From Alkanindiges illinoisensis DSM 15370 (GTDB lineage Bacteria > Pseudomonadota > Gammaproteobacteria > Pseudomonadales > Moraxellaceae): a DNA stretch of 32,000 bases. Of this stretch, positions 18,340-27,743 are shown in pieces. Made by a program: the position numbers and the translations under genes. The notes below the pieces were generated by a model. It saw only the letters and a list, made by a program, of their open reading frames with translations. It was not told the origin of the DNA and ran no database searches. The DNA lies in assembly GCF_000619845.1 (NCBI RefSeq), contig NZ_JHUX01000003.1, forward strand, positions 1,360,064-1,392,063, given 5' to 3'. The stretch's first letter is position 1, and every line of letters begins with the position of its first letter.

Positions 18340-19977
18340 TTACCCTAGTGCCGCCTCAATTAATGCCCTGGTATAGTCGGTTTGCGGTGCGCTAAACAGG
18401 TCTTCCGTGGCCTGTAACTCCATCACCTTGCCATGCCGCAGCACCAATACCCGCTGGCACAAGGCACGAACTACCGCCAGATCATGGCTAATAAACACAT
18501 AACTGATCTGCTCATCCTGCTGCAATTTGCGCAATAGATTTACCAAGGCGCGCTGTGTGGTTCTATCCAGTGCCGAGGTAGGTTCATCCAGAATCATTAG
18601 CTTGGGTTTCATAATCAATGCCCGCGCCAAAGCCACACGCTGACGCTGCCCACCAGACAGCTCATGCGGATAACGGTCTGCAAAATCGGCAGGCAACTCT
18701 ACCTTTTGCAATACGTCTTCCACTGCCTTGCGACGCTCAGTTTTATTGGGAATCAGCCGAGTAGCGCCTTCACCAATAATCTGCTCAATGGTCAGGCGCG
18801 GATTTAAACTGCCAAACGGGTCCTGAAATACCATCTGAAACTGTGGTCGTAGTGGCCTTAACTGGTTTTCGTTCAAGTGATCCAGCCGATTCTGGTTCAG
18901 TATAATCTTGCCATCACTTTTAATCAGGCGGGCCAATGCCAATGCCAGCGAGGTTTTGCCAGAACCACTTTCGCCTACAATCCCCACCGATTCACCACGC
19001 ATCACATTTAAATCCAGCGGTTCAACTGCAACCACATGATCCGTTACCTTATTGAGCAAGCCAGTTTTAATGGGAAAACGAACTGCAATTTGCGCTAAAT
19101 GCAGCATCGGTTTTTCACTGGACGGATTGGCATTAAGCACTAACGCCTGCCCAAAATCCTGATCCAGCAAATGGCGGGTGTAATCATCCTGCGGATTGGC
19201 AAAAATCTGTGCCGTGTTGCCTTGCTCTTTCACTTGCCCCTGTTGCATGACAATCACATTATCACTGTAGCGGCGCACCAGATTGAGGTCATGGCTGATT
19301 AAGATCATGGCCATATTGCGGCTAGTCTGTAGCGATTTGAGCAGGTTTAACACTTGTGCCTGTAAGGTCACATCCAGTGCTGTGGTTGGCTCATCAGCAA
19401 TTAAAATATCCGGGTCTTGCGCCAGTGCCATGGCAATCATCACACGCTGACGCTGACCACCGGAGAGTTCATGCGGATAACGCCCCAGCTTTTGTTCCGA
19501 CTGTGGAATACCCACCTGATTCAATAAATCAATCACTTTACTGCGTACTTGTGCCTTGCTTAGGCCATTTAAGCGCAGCATTTCGCCAATCTGCTTTTCC
19601 ACCTTATGCAGTGGATTAAGCGCCGTCATCGGTTCCTGAAAAATCATGGCAATTTTCTTGCCACGAATTTGCTGCCATTGAGTCTCGTTAAGCTGCAATA
19701 GGCTTGTATCGTTTAAACGGGCTTGCCCTGTGACCTGCAAGCTGTCCGGTAGCAAGCCCAGTAAGGCCAGTGATGAAATGGACTTGCCAGAACCGCTTTC
19801 GCCTACAATCGCCAGCGTTTTCCCGGGCTGTAAGTCAAAGCATAAATCCTGCACCAGCACTTGCTGATGGCTGCGAATGGACAAATGCTCAACACGAAGT
19901 AATGCCTTACCAAGTAACGCATTGTTATTATTGTTAATTGCCTGATGATTCATATTAACGTCTTGGGTCAAATGCAT
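18340..19977 (-). CDS. yejF: YejF-like ABC importer ATPase (two fused ABC cassettes)
   Basis: 545-aa ORF with two Walker A motifs (GESGSGKS twice), two signatures (LSGGQRQRV twice) and two Walker B motifs (ILIADEPTTALD, LMILDEPTSALD). An alternative start at ATG 19953 (MNHQAINN...) lies 1 nt after the yejE stop and may be the real one. Confidence 0.9.
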   Translation of the reverse strand: MHLTQDVNMNHQAINNNNNALLGKALLRVEHLSIRSHQQVLVQDLCFDLQPGKTLAIVGESGSGKSISSLALLGLLPDSLQVTGQARLNDTSLLQLNETQWQQIRGKKIAMIFQEPMTALNPLHKVEKQIGEMLRLNGLSKAQVRSKVIDLLNQVGIPQSEQKLGRYPHELSGGQRQRVMIAMALAQDPDILIADEPTTALDVTLQAQVLNLLKSLQTSRNMAMILISHDLNLVRRYSDNVIVMQQGQVKEQGNTAQIFANPQDDYTRHLLDQDFGQALVLNANPSSEKPMLHLAQIAVRFPIKTGLLNKVTDHVVAVEPLDLNVMRGESVGIVGESGSGKTSLALALARLIKSDGKIILNQNRLDHLNENQLRPLRPQFQMVFQDPFGSLNPRLTIEQIIGEGATRLIPNKTERRKAVEDVLQKVELPADFADRYPHELSGGQRQRVALARALIMKPKLMILDEPTSALDRTTQRALVNLLRKLQQDEQISYVFISHDLAVVRALCQRVLVLRHGKVMELQATEDLFSAPQTDYTRALIEAALG

Positions 19978-20968
19978 CGCGTGCGGCCTCCCCGATATAC
20001 ACCAATAAAGACAGCACGATTGCCATGGTAAAAAAGCCGGTTAGCGCCAGCCACACAGCATCCAGATTATTTTTGCCCTGCAATAACAGCTCACCGAGTG
20101 AGGCAGATTCCGGAGGCAAGCCATAACCCAGAAAATCCAGCGCGGTGAGTGCGGTAATGTTGGCTGTCAGCATAAAGGGTAACTGTGACAGGCTGGAACT
20201 TAAGGCATTCGGTAAAATATGCCGGAACATGATGGCACGGTCTGTTACCCCAAGCGCACGTGCTGCACGCACATAATCCAGATTACGGGCACGCAAAAAT
20301 TCAGCCCGCACCAGACTCACCAGTGCTGGCCAGCCAAAAAACAGCATGATTAAAAACAGCCAGTACACGCTGGGCGTAAACAGGCTCACCAGAATAATGA
20401 CCATAAACAGCATGGGCAAACCGCCCCACACTTCCAGAATGCGCTGGCCAATCAGGTCAACCATGCCACCATAGTAGCCCTGCAACGCGCCCACAATCAC
20501 GCCGATAACGGCAGCCGCCGCGGTTAAAAACAGGCCAAACAGCAGGGATACCCGCAAGCCATAAATCACCCGCGCCACCACATCACGGCCCTGATCATCT
20601 GTACCCAGCCAGTTCTGCGCACTTGGTGGTGATGGCACAGGCACAGCCAGCTCCATATTGGGTGTCTGGTAAGAAAAAGGAATGGGTGGCCACAACATCC
20701 AGCCATCCTTTTCAATGAGTTGTCTTACTGCCGGATCACGGTACTCGGCTTCGGTGTCAAAGACGCCACCAAAAGTGGTTTCAGGATAGGTTTTAATGAC
20801 TGGAAAATACAAGCTATGCTGATAAGACACCACCAAAGGCTTTTCATTGGCAATCAGCTCTGCACCAAGCGACAGCATAAAAATGATCATGAATAAAATA
20901 AACGAAAAATACCCCAGCCGATGTGCTTTAAAACGGCGTAAACGCGCAGCCATAATAGGCGTAATCAT
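19955..20968 (-). CDS. yejE: YejE-like ABC importer permease
   Basis: 337-aa ORF, 6-TM type, of the binding-protein-dependent permease family. It has the EAA-loop region YVRAARALGVTDRAIMFRHILPNA. It overlaps yejB by 4 nt. Confidence 0.9.
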   Translation of the reverse strand: MITPIMAARLRRFKAHRLGYFSFILFMIIFMLSLGAELIANEKPLVVSYQHSLYFPVIKTYPETTFGGVFDTEAEYRDPAVRQLIEKDGWMLWPPIPFSYQTPNMELAVPVPSPPSAQNWLGTDDQGRDVVARVIYGLRVSLLFGLFLTAAAAVIGVIVGALQGYYGGMVDLIGQRILEVWGGLPMLFMVIILVSLFTPSVYWLFLIMLFFGWPALVSLVRAEFLRARNLDYVRAARALGVTDRAIMFRHILPNALSSSLSQLPFMLTANITALTALDFLGYGLPPESASLGELLLQGKNNLDAVWLALTGFFTMAIVLSLLVYIGEAARDAFDPRR

Positions 20969-22038
20969 TGGTTAGCCCCCCGCGATTCAAAGCTGATTCG
21001 TGGATCAATCATCTGATACATGACATCACTCAGCAGGCGCAACAACAGGCCAATCAAAGTAAAAATAAACAGTGTGCCAAAAATTACCGGATAATCACGT
21101 TGCACCACCGCTTCAAAGCCCAGTAGCCCCAAGCCATCAAGGTTAAAAATAATTTCAATAAAAAAGTTACCGGCAAAGAAAATACCCACCAGCGCTTCAG
21201 GCAGCCCGGCAATCACAATCAGCATGGCATTGCGAAATACATGACCATACAGCACCCTGTTTTCAGTTAAACCTTTTGAGCGTGCTGCCAGTACATATTG
21301 CTTGCCCAGTTCTTCCATAAACGAATATTTGGTCAGGTAGGTCAGGCCTGCAAAACCTCCCAGCGTCATGGTGGTAAGCGGCAACACCAGATGCCAGAAG
21401 TAGTCCTTGATTTTGTCGATCAGCGACAATTCAGCAAAATTTTCCGACACCAGCCCCTGTAGCGGAAACCACTGGAAATAACTGCCACCCGCAAAAAAGA
21501 CTATCAGCAAGACTGCAAAGACAAAAGTCGGCACGGCATAGCCAATGGCCAGCAAAAACGAGGTGCTTTTATCAAACAGCAGCCCATGCTCGCGTGCCTT
21601 GCGGATACCTAGTGGAATAGACACCAGATAAATCAGCAAAGTGCTCCATAACCCCAATGAAATGGTCACTGGCATCTTTTCAAGGATTAGAGTAGTTACT
21701 GGTTTGTCCTTAAAAAAGCTGGTACCAAAATCAAGACTTAAATAACCTTTAAGCATCAGCCAGAAACGTGTTGGCGCAGGTTTGTCAAAGCCATACTGTT
21801 GCTTGATCTGGTCAATCATTTCTGGTGAAAGGCCACGCGCGCCCTGATAATGCGTACCCTGTGCTGTGGAAGCAGCTTCTCCCTGCCCTGCGCCAAGACC
21901 CTGTGCCTGCTTTGCCTGTTCAATCGCCATTTCAACCGGGCCACCGGGTGCAAGCTGCACAATGACGAAATTGGCCAGCAGGATGAGAAACAAGGTAGGA
22001 ATGATCAATAACAGACGCCTGATGATGTACGCTGACAT
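20965..22038 (-). CDS. yejB: YejB-like ABC importer permease
   Basis: 357-aa ORF nearly colinear with E. coli YejB as I recall it: IIRRLLLIIPTL, VQLAPGGPVE, SLGLWSTLLIYLVSIPLGIRKA, FAGGSYFQWFPLQGLVS, DPRISFE. Confidence 0.92.
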   Translation of the reverse strand: MSAYIIRRLLLIIPTLFLILLANFVIVQLAPGGPVEMAIEQAKQAQGLGAGQGEAASTAQGTHYQGARGLSPEMIDQIKQQYGFDKPAPTRFWLMLKGYLSLDFGTSFFKDKPVTTLILEKMPVTISLGLWSTLLIYLVSIPLGIRKAREHGLLFDKSTSFLLAIGYAVPTFVFAVLLIVFFAGGSYFQWFPLQGLVSENFAELSLIDKIKDYFWHLVLPLTTMTLGGFAGLTYLTKYSFMEELGKQYVLAARSKGLTENRVLYGHVFRNAMLIVIAGLPEALVGIFFAGNFFIEIIFNLDGLGLLGFEAVVQRDYPVIFGTLFIFTLIGLLLRLLSDVMYQMIDPRISFESRGANQ

Positions 22039-22079
22039 TCCGGTTTCCTTATATATAATTATTCATAAGCTGGCAGGTT

Positions 22080-23987
22080 TTACTGCGCAGACTTGCTTTG
22101 TCGGGATAAATAAGTGTTAACACGCTGCGCTTTTTTGGGATTGACCCACCAGTAATCCAGGCCAATATCGTATTTAGCCGGATTTTTAGGTTGCTCATAC
22201 ATATCCCAGGTGGCAATCCAGTTGCCTACCTTGCCATAGGTGGGAATCACGTAGTAGCCAGCACGCAGGGTACGGTCCAGCGCATGGGTATAGGTTTGCA
22301 ATACCTGACGGTTGGGTGCCTTGATTAAGCCATCAATGAGCTGGTCAATCACCGGATTTTTAATACCGGCAAAGTTGTAGTTGCCTTGCTGGTCTGCAGC
22401 CAGACTGCTCCAGAATTGCACCTGCTCATTGCCCGGCGAGTTGGATTGCGGAATAACCTGGGTGGTCATGTCATAATCAAAGCGGCGCATGCGCTCAGTA
22501 TATTGCGGTACATCCACCAGACGTAGATTGACTTTAATGCCAAGGCGTTTCAGATTGCGTATGAATGGCAAAATTGTGCGCTGTAAACCATCCTGACTGA
22601 TCATAAAATCAATCTGGATTGGCCTGCCCTGCTTATCCAGCAAGCTGCCATTCTTATAACGATAGCCTGCACTTAATAAAATCTGGCGGGCAATCAACAG
22701 GTTTTTACGGTTATAACCACTGCCATCACTCACCGGATAATGCCAGTCCTGTAAAATACCCTGCTGCTCCAATGGGGACAGTTTTCCAAGCAGCGGCTTT
22801 AAAATTTTTAACTCATTAGTTGATGGCTTGCCGGTAGCCGCCAGATCACTGTTATAAAAAAAGCTTTGCAGCCGCTGATACTGGCCAAAAAATAATGCCT
22901 TGTTCAGCCATTCAAAGTCATAGGCATAGGTCAGTGCCTGCCTGAAACGGATATCCGCAAATAGTGGCCGCCGGGTGTTAAACACAAACATCTGGGTTGC
23001 CACCGGATTTTGCGTCACGATATTTTGTTTACGGACAATACCGGATTTGGCAGCGGGAAAATCATAGGAGAGCGACCATGTTCTGGCCTTATATTCGGTC
23101 TGGTACAAAAACTGGCCACTTTTAAAGCCTTCAAAGGCAATGTCCAGATTGCGGTAGTACACATACTTAATCGTATCAAAATTATTGCGGCCCCGGTTGA
23201 CGGGCAAATTTTGCCCCCAGTAATTGGGATTGCGCTTGTAGGTAATACTGCGCCCGGCATCAACCCGGTCCAGCACATAAGGCCCGCTACCTAATGGTGC
23301 AGTTGCCATAATCCGGTCATAGGGTTTCCCGCTAAAATCCTTTTGCGAATAAATCGGTACTTCAGCCACAATGGACGTGATTTCGCTGTTGTCCTTGCTT
23401 TTATAGTCAAAGCGCACATCCAGTGTATTCAATACCTTAACGCTTTTGATATCGCCCAGATATACCTTGAGTCCCGGCGCGCCATCTTTTAATAATGCAT
23501 TAAAGCTAAAGGCCACATCCGCAGCAGTGACTGGTGTGCCATTACTAAAACGCGCCTTGGGATTTAAATGAAAAATGGCATAGGACAAATCTTCCGGGTC
23601 GACCGTCACACTGCTGGCCAATAACGGATAATTCACGGCGGCTTCGTTAAGCGAGCGTTTCATCAGGGTGTCGTACAGACTGCCAGTGCCGTCAGCAGCC
23701 GTCCCCTTGCCATTCAAGGTTTGGAAATTATCAAAGGTGCCATTCGCCGACATAGACAGTACCCCGCCCTTGGGGGCATCAGGGTTGGCATACGGCATGT
23801 AGGGCGCATTCTGGTACAGCGGTTTTTCATGCGCACTGATATAGTTTTGTCGTACTGGCACAGCAGTCGAAACACTGCTGGCCAGCCCCATAATTAATCC
23901 CACACCCAGTAATAAACATTGTTGTTTTAAAGTGCTTTTAACGTGCGGGTTGAACCTTGCCATTCCATCCTGGCGGCGTTGTAACAT
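22080..23987 (-). CDS. yejA: YejA-like periplasmic substrate-binding protein (family 5 peptide/oligopeptide SBP)
   Basis: 635-aa ORF with an N-terminal signal-like segment (LLLGVGLIMGLASSVSTA). Its length and position at the head of yejBEF fit. An alternative start at Met9 (23963) is possible. Confidence 0.85.
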   Translation of the reverse strand: MLQRRQDGMARFNPHVKSTLKQQCLLLGVGLIMGLASSVSTAVPVRQNYISAHEKPLYQNAPYMPYANPDAPKGGVLSMSANGTFDNFQTLNGKGTAADGTGSLYDTLMKRSLNEAAVNYPLLASSVTVDPEDLSYAIFHLNPKARFSNGTPVTAADVAFSFNALLKDGAPGLKVYLGDIKSVKVLNTLDVRFDYKSKDNSEITSIVAEVPIYSQKDFSGKPYDRIMATAPLGSGPYVLDRVDAGRSITYKRNPNYWGQNLPVNRGRNNFDTIKYVYYRNLDIAFEGFKSGQFLYQTEYKARTWSLSYDFPAAKSGIVRKQNIVTQNPVATQMFVFNTRRPLFADIRFRQALTYAYDFEWLNKALFFGQYQRLQSFFYNSDLAATGKPSTNELKILKPLLGKLSPLEQQGILQDWHYPVSDGSGYNRKNLLIARQILLSAGYRYKNGSLLDKQGRPIQIDFMISQDGLQRTILPFIRNLKRLGIKVNLRLVDVPQYTERMRRFDYDMTTQVIPQSNSPGNEQVQFWSSLAADQQGNYNFAGIKNPVIDQLIDGLIKAPNRQVLQTYTHALDRTLRAGYYVIPTYGKVGNWIATWDMYEQPKNPAKYDIGLDYWWVNPKKAQRVNTYLSRQSKSAQ

Positions 23988-24021
23988 ATAGCATTACTCA
24001 CAACAGTCACTGACTAAAAAA

Positions 24022-27000
24022 TTATAGGCTACGGCTTCCACTATTGGGCACCACCAGCACATCACCAATTTTAACGTTGGTTGATGGGGAAATCTGGTTC
24101 ATCTTGGCCAGATCATTGACTGAAACCCCATGTTTTGAGGCAACCTTGATTAAGGTATCACCCCGCTTGATGGTGTAATTGCTGGTGAGCTTTGGCACAT
24201 TCAGGCTTTGGCCGGACTGGACTTTGGTCTTGGCTGAAATCTGGTTTAACTTTGCCAGTTGCGCTGCCGTCAGGTCATATTTAGCGGCAATACTGTTGAG
24301 TGATTCACCACGCTTTACCGTATAGCTTTCCATGTCGTCCGAACGGCTGGCTTTGGCACTTACCATTTCAACTTCAACCTCATCGGCTTCAGCTTTTTTG
24401 CCTGTAGACTTTTTATCAGATTTGCTGTCTGATTTTTCAGTCTTATCTGCTTTGGCTGATTTTTTATCTGATCTGGCATCACTGGCCCCCAGCGTCAAGG
24501 TAGCGCCCCGTATCAGGTTACTGCTGGCTTTTAAGTCATTCATTTCTGCCAGTTCTTGCGTCGTCAGGTCAAACTTTGCTGCCACACCCGTTAGGGTATC
24601 ACCAGACTGTACGGTATAGCTGGTTGGACGCGCTGGTTCTTTAGGCGTTTCAGTATCCGGAACGTTCAGCTTTTGGCCCACAATCACCATGCTGCTGGCA
24701 GAAATCCTGTTAAGTTTGGCCAGTTCATCATTGGTGGTATTAAAACGGCTGGCAATCCGGCTTAAGGTATCACCGGATTTAACCGTATAGTTGATGATGT
24801 CAATCTTGGCCGCAGTTTCCTTACTGGAAGGTTCTTTACTGGAAGACTCTTTACCAGAAGACTTGGCATTACGTGCGCTGGTAACTGGCGCTTTTTCATC
24901 AGCATCATTAACCACTGTGGCCGGAACTTTAATGGTTTGTCCTACATATAAGGTGCTGTTGGCCGAAAACTTGTTAAATGATGCCAGCTCTTCATTGCTA
25001 ATCTGGTAACGATTGGCCAGTGAACCTACTGATTCACCCGGCTTCACCTTATAGCTGATGGTTTCTACTTTTTCAGCGGTTTTACGGCCTGATGTAGTTT
25101 TACTACTACGTGGTTCATCGTCTGCCTGATTATCATCAGTACGACTTGTTCCATTGTCGATCAGGGTCAGGCGTGTACCACGCAGCAGGTTACTGGTTGC
25201 TGTCAGGTTATTCATGCTGGCCAGCTGCTTGTTGGTCATACCAAACTTTTCTGCTACCGCAGTCAGGGTATCGCCCGCCTGAACCGTATAGCTGGTTGGA
25301 CGGCTGGGCTGTGGCTTTTTGGCATTATACAAATACAGCGCAGTGCCCACATAAAGTGACTTATTGGGATCAATCTGGTTCCAGTTGGCCACATCACGCC
25401 AGTTCACGCCATAACGGGTTGCAATACTGGCCAGCGTATCGCCTGCCTGCACCACGTGCACAGAGCGCTCGCCCTGTGGTTTTTGTGTGGCATTGACAAT
25501 CACTGGTGCAACTTTAGGCTTGGCTGGTGAAGCAGTACTTTTCTGGGCAACCAAAACGGGCTGTTCATACTTGATTTTTAGCTCCTGCCCCTTGGCATCA
25601 GCCACCGACTGGCTGGTTTGAATGGCTGTCAGCTTGATCTTGCCATCCAGCGGATCAACCACCTGCGTACCGGCTGGTGCCAGTGCCTGCAATTCAGCCA
25701 CTACCTTGGCTTTTTCCTCAACGGTTGGCTGCGGCTCACCAGCGATCTGATTGGTTACACTGGCAACAGTTGTCGAGGCAGTCAGGCCACGCAGCTCGGC
25801 ATTGCTTAACGGCGGTTCACCCACTGGCTGAATATTGCGGGCTGGTATTACTGCAACTGGAATTCGTGGACTACTGGGCAAATCTGCCTGATTGGCAAAG
25901 GCTGCCAGTGCATTGGCAGACGCTGGGGTCGGATTGCGCTTGGTAGTCATGGCCAGCATGCCAGCGGTACTGCTGGCTGTGGCAACCGGTACAGATGCCG
26001 TTATTGCAGGAGCTGTCGCTACCGCTGGTGTGGTGGTTCTAATGGATTTTGAACCATTACTTAATGTGGTAGTAATGGTTGTATTAGTATTGGTTATATT
26101 GGAGTTGCGGGCTGTCACTGGCTGGGTTATTGACGATCCCAGTGATGACGTATTGGTACGGTTTACAGTACCTGCACTCATCAGCGCAGCAGCCTGCTGG
26201 GTACTAAAACTGCGGTTTGCCGTATTGCCACCCTGACTTAAAATGACGGCACCACCCACTGGGCCAAGGCTTGCCATCAGGCCGGGATTGGTTTGCCCGA
26301 GGGTTGGCATACTGCGCAAACGCTGGTCAATCTGCGCATTCAAAGCGGCGGGAATCAACAAACGGTTTGGCCCCATCGGATCAGTATAACTACTTCTAAA
26401 ACCGGGGTTTAATTCATAAAGCTCCTGATAGCTTAAGCCTGCAATCGATGCAGCCAGCGTCAGGTCCACCACACCAGGCAGTTGCACTTCACGGAAGTGA
26501 GGGCGATTGGCAATACTGGGCAGGTAAACCCCATATTGCTCCGGACTTTTTACAATTTGTGCGACCGCCAAAAAGCGTGGCACATAGTTCATGGTTTCGG
26601 CAGGCAGGCGAAGCGACCAGTAATCAGTAGGTAATCCTGCTGCCATATTGCGGTTAATGGCTTGCTGGATACGACCCGGACCCGCATTATAGGCGGCCAG
26701 TGCCAGCTCCCATGAGCCAAACTGGTTATACAGGCTGGTCAGGAATTCATAAGCGGCGCGTGTGGATTCCACCACGTCACGGCGGCCATCATAAATGGAA
26801 TTCTGGCGCAGGCCATAAATGGTGCCCGTACTGGGAATAAACTGCCACATTCCTGCTGCGGCTGCACTGCTGGTTGCAGCCGGATCATAAGAACTTTCAA
26901 TAACAGGCAGTAATGCCAGTTCTGTAGGAATACCCCGGCGCTCGGCTTCCGTCACTGTATGGTACAAATAGCGGCTGGCACGCGCACTCAAGCGGTCGAT

Positions 27001-27387
27001 ATAGGGCTGGCGGCTGGCAAACCAGCTTCGTTGTGCAGTAATCCGGCTATTTTGCACATTCAGATTCATCTGGAAACCTGCCCGCATACGTTTCCACACA
27101 TCACCATGACGCAAGATTGCAAGGCGGTCGCCTTCTACAGCCGCCATATCCGTTGCTGACAACAAGGCTTCCAGTGAGTCAACACTGTTGGCATCCAGCA
27201 GGGCTTCCTGATGACCGGACTTGCTATGGCCTATGGTTTTACTGGTTTTGGCCTGCATGGTTTTCTTGGGCGGTGTACTGGAGCATCCACTCACAATCCC
27301 GGCAGCCATTAAGGCAACCGTTAGGGCCATGAGCTTACCCTGAAAGCCAGACGTATTTTGCTCAACGGTTTCTACAGAATGTTGCAT
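24022..27387 (-). CDS. mltD: MltD-like membrane-bound lytic murein transglycosylase: lipoprotein with an SLT catalytic domain, a low-complexity spacer of about 250 aa, and 7 LysM repeats
   Basis: 1121-aa ORF with a lipobox (AAGIVSGC, Cys35). The SLT domain has the catalytic-Glu context LALLPVIESSYDP plus GMWQFIPSTG and AAYNAGPG (aa ~150-240). Seven LysM units lie in aa 643-1114 (pattern Y-T/K-V-x-x-G-D/E-T/S-L...L...N). An alternative start at Met20 (27330) is possible. Confidence 0.9.
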   Translation of the reverse strand: MQHSVETVEQNTSGFQGKLMALTVALMAAGIVSGCSSTPPKKTMQAKTSKTIGHSKSGHQEALLDANSVDSLEALLSATDMAAVEGDRLAILRHGDVWKRMRAGFQMNLNVQNSRITAQRSWFASRQPYIDRLSARASRYLYHTVTEAERRGIPTELALLPVIESSYDPAATSSAAAAGMWQFIPSTGTIYGLRQNSIYDGRRDVVESTRAAYEFLTSLYNQFGSWELALAAYNAGPGRIQQAINRNMAAGLPTDYWSLRLPAETMNYVPRFLAVAQIVKSPEQYGVYLPSIANRPHFREVQLPGVVDLTLAASIAGLSYQELYELNPGFRSSYTDPMGPNRLLIPAALNAQIDQRLRSMPTLGQTNPGLMASLGPVGGAVILSQGGNTANRSFSTQQAAALMSAGTVNRTNTSSLGSSITQPVTARNSNITNTNTTITTTLSNGSKSIRTTTPAVATAPAITASVPVATASSTAGMLAMTTKRNPTPASANALAAFANQADLPSSPRIPVAVIPARNIQPVGEPPLSNAELRGLTASTTVASVTNQIAGEPQPTVEEKAKVVAELQALAPAGTQVVDPLDGKIKLTAIQTSQSVADAKGQELKIKYEQPVLVAQKSTASPAKPKVAPVIVNATQKPQGERSVHVVQAGDTLASIATRYGVNWRDVANWNQIDPNKSLYVGTALYLYNAKKPQPSRPTSYTVQAGDTLTAVAEKFGMTNKQLASMNNLTATSNLLRGTRLTLIDNGTSRTDDNQADDEPRSSKTTSGRKTAEKVETISYKVKPGESVGSLANRYQISNEELASFNKFSANSTLYVGQTIKVPATVVNDADEKAPVTSARNAKSSGKESSSKEPSSKETAAKIDIINYTVKSGDTLSRIASRFNTTNDELAKLNRISASSMVIVGQKLNVPDTETPKEPARPTSYTVQSGDTLTGVAAKFDLTTQELAEMNDLKASSNLIRGATLTLGASDARSDKKSAKADKTEKSDSKSDKKSTGKKAEADEVEVEMVSAKASRSDDMESYTVKRGESLNSIAAKYDLTAAQLAKLNQISAKTKVQSGQSLNVPKLTSNYTIKRGDTLIKVASKHGVSVNDLAKMNQISPSTNVKIGDVLVVPNSGSRSL
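24046..25461 (-). repeat. Array of 7 LysM-encoding modules inside mltD (intragenic tandem repeats with K/S/D/E-rich linkers)
   Basis: The modules begin at about aa 643, 699, 778, 866, 923, 1021 and 1070. Modules 2 and 5 are 32/47 identical by my hand alignment. Confidence 0.85.
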
Positions 27388-27743
27388 AGCTTGTTCCTAC
27401 CACCCAGATTAAACGCATCCACTAAAGCGCCACATTGTATGAAGACTGTCTTGGCTCTCCAACCCTGTTCATCCGCAAGAATGTCAGCGAATGTTGCAAT
27501 TTAGCCATATTACTTACAAAGTTTGAAAATAAAAATAGTCAATCGTAACGATATTGAAAGCAGGCGCGCCAAAATCCAGTCTCAAATCTGACTATTATTT
27601 TGTATGTTTAACGAAGCTTATGCTTTTTGGTTGACTAAGCTGGTTAGCTTTTGGCCATGCTTAATGGCTTTATCTGAGTACTAGACCTCAGTGCCGGGCT
27701 TCGGTAGACTGCTGGCTTGATCCATGCGGAGCTGTTGCAGGCC

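Noticed and set aside
25892-26236. 114-aa plus-strand ORF (and neighbours at 25110-25496 and 25677-25946) inside mltD
   Set aside because: They are antisense to the low-complexity Thr/Ala/Asn-rich spacer of MltD. Repetitive codon composition keeps the opposite strand open by chance.
27717-27743. TTG start codon proposed by the ORF track for the RNase HI-DnaQ gene
   Set aside because: The in-frame ATG at 27744 gives MNNPQTQPVVLYVDG, which matches the usual distance from the RNase HI N-terminus to the first catalytic Asp. The nine extra residues have no support.
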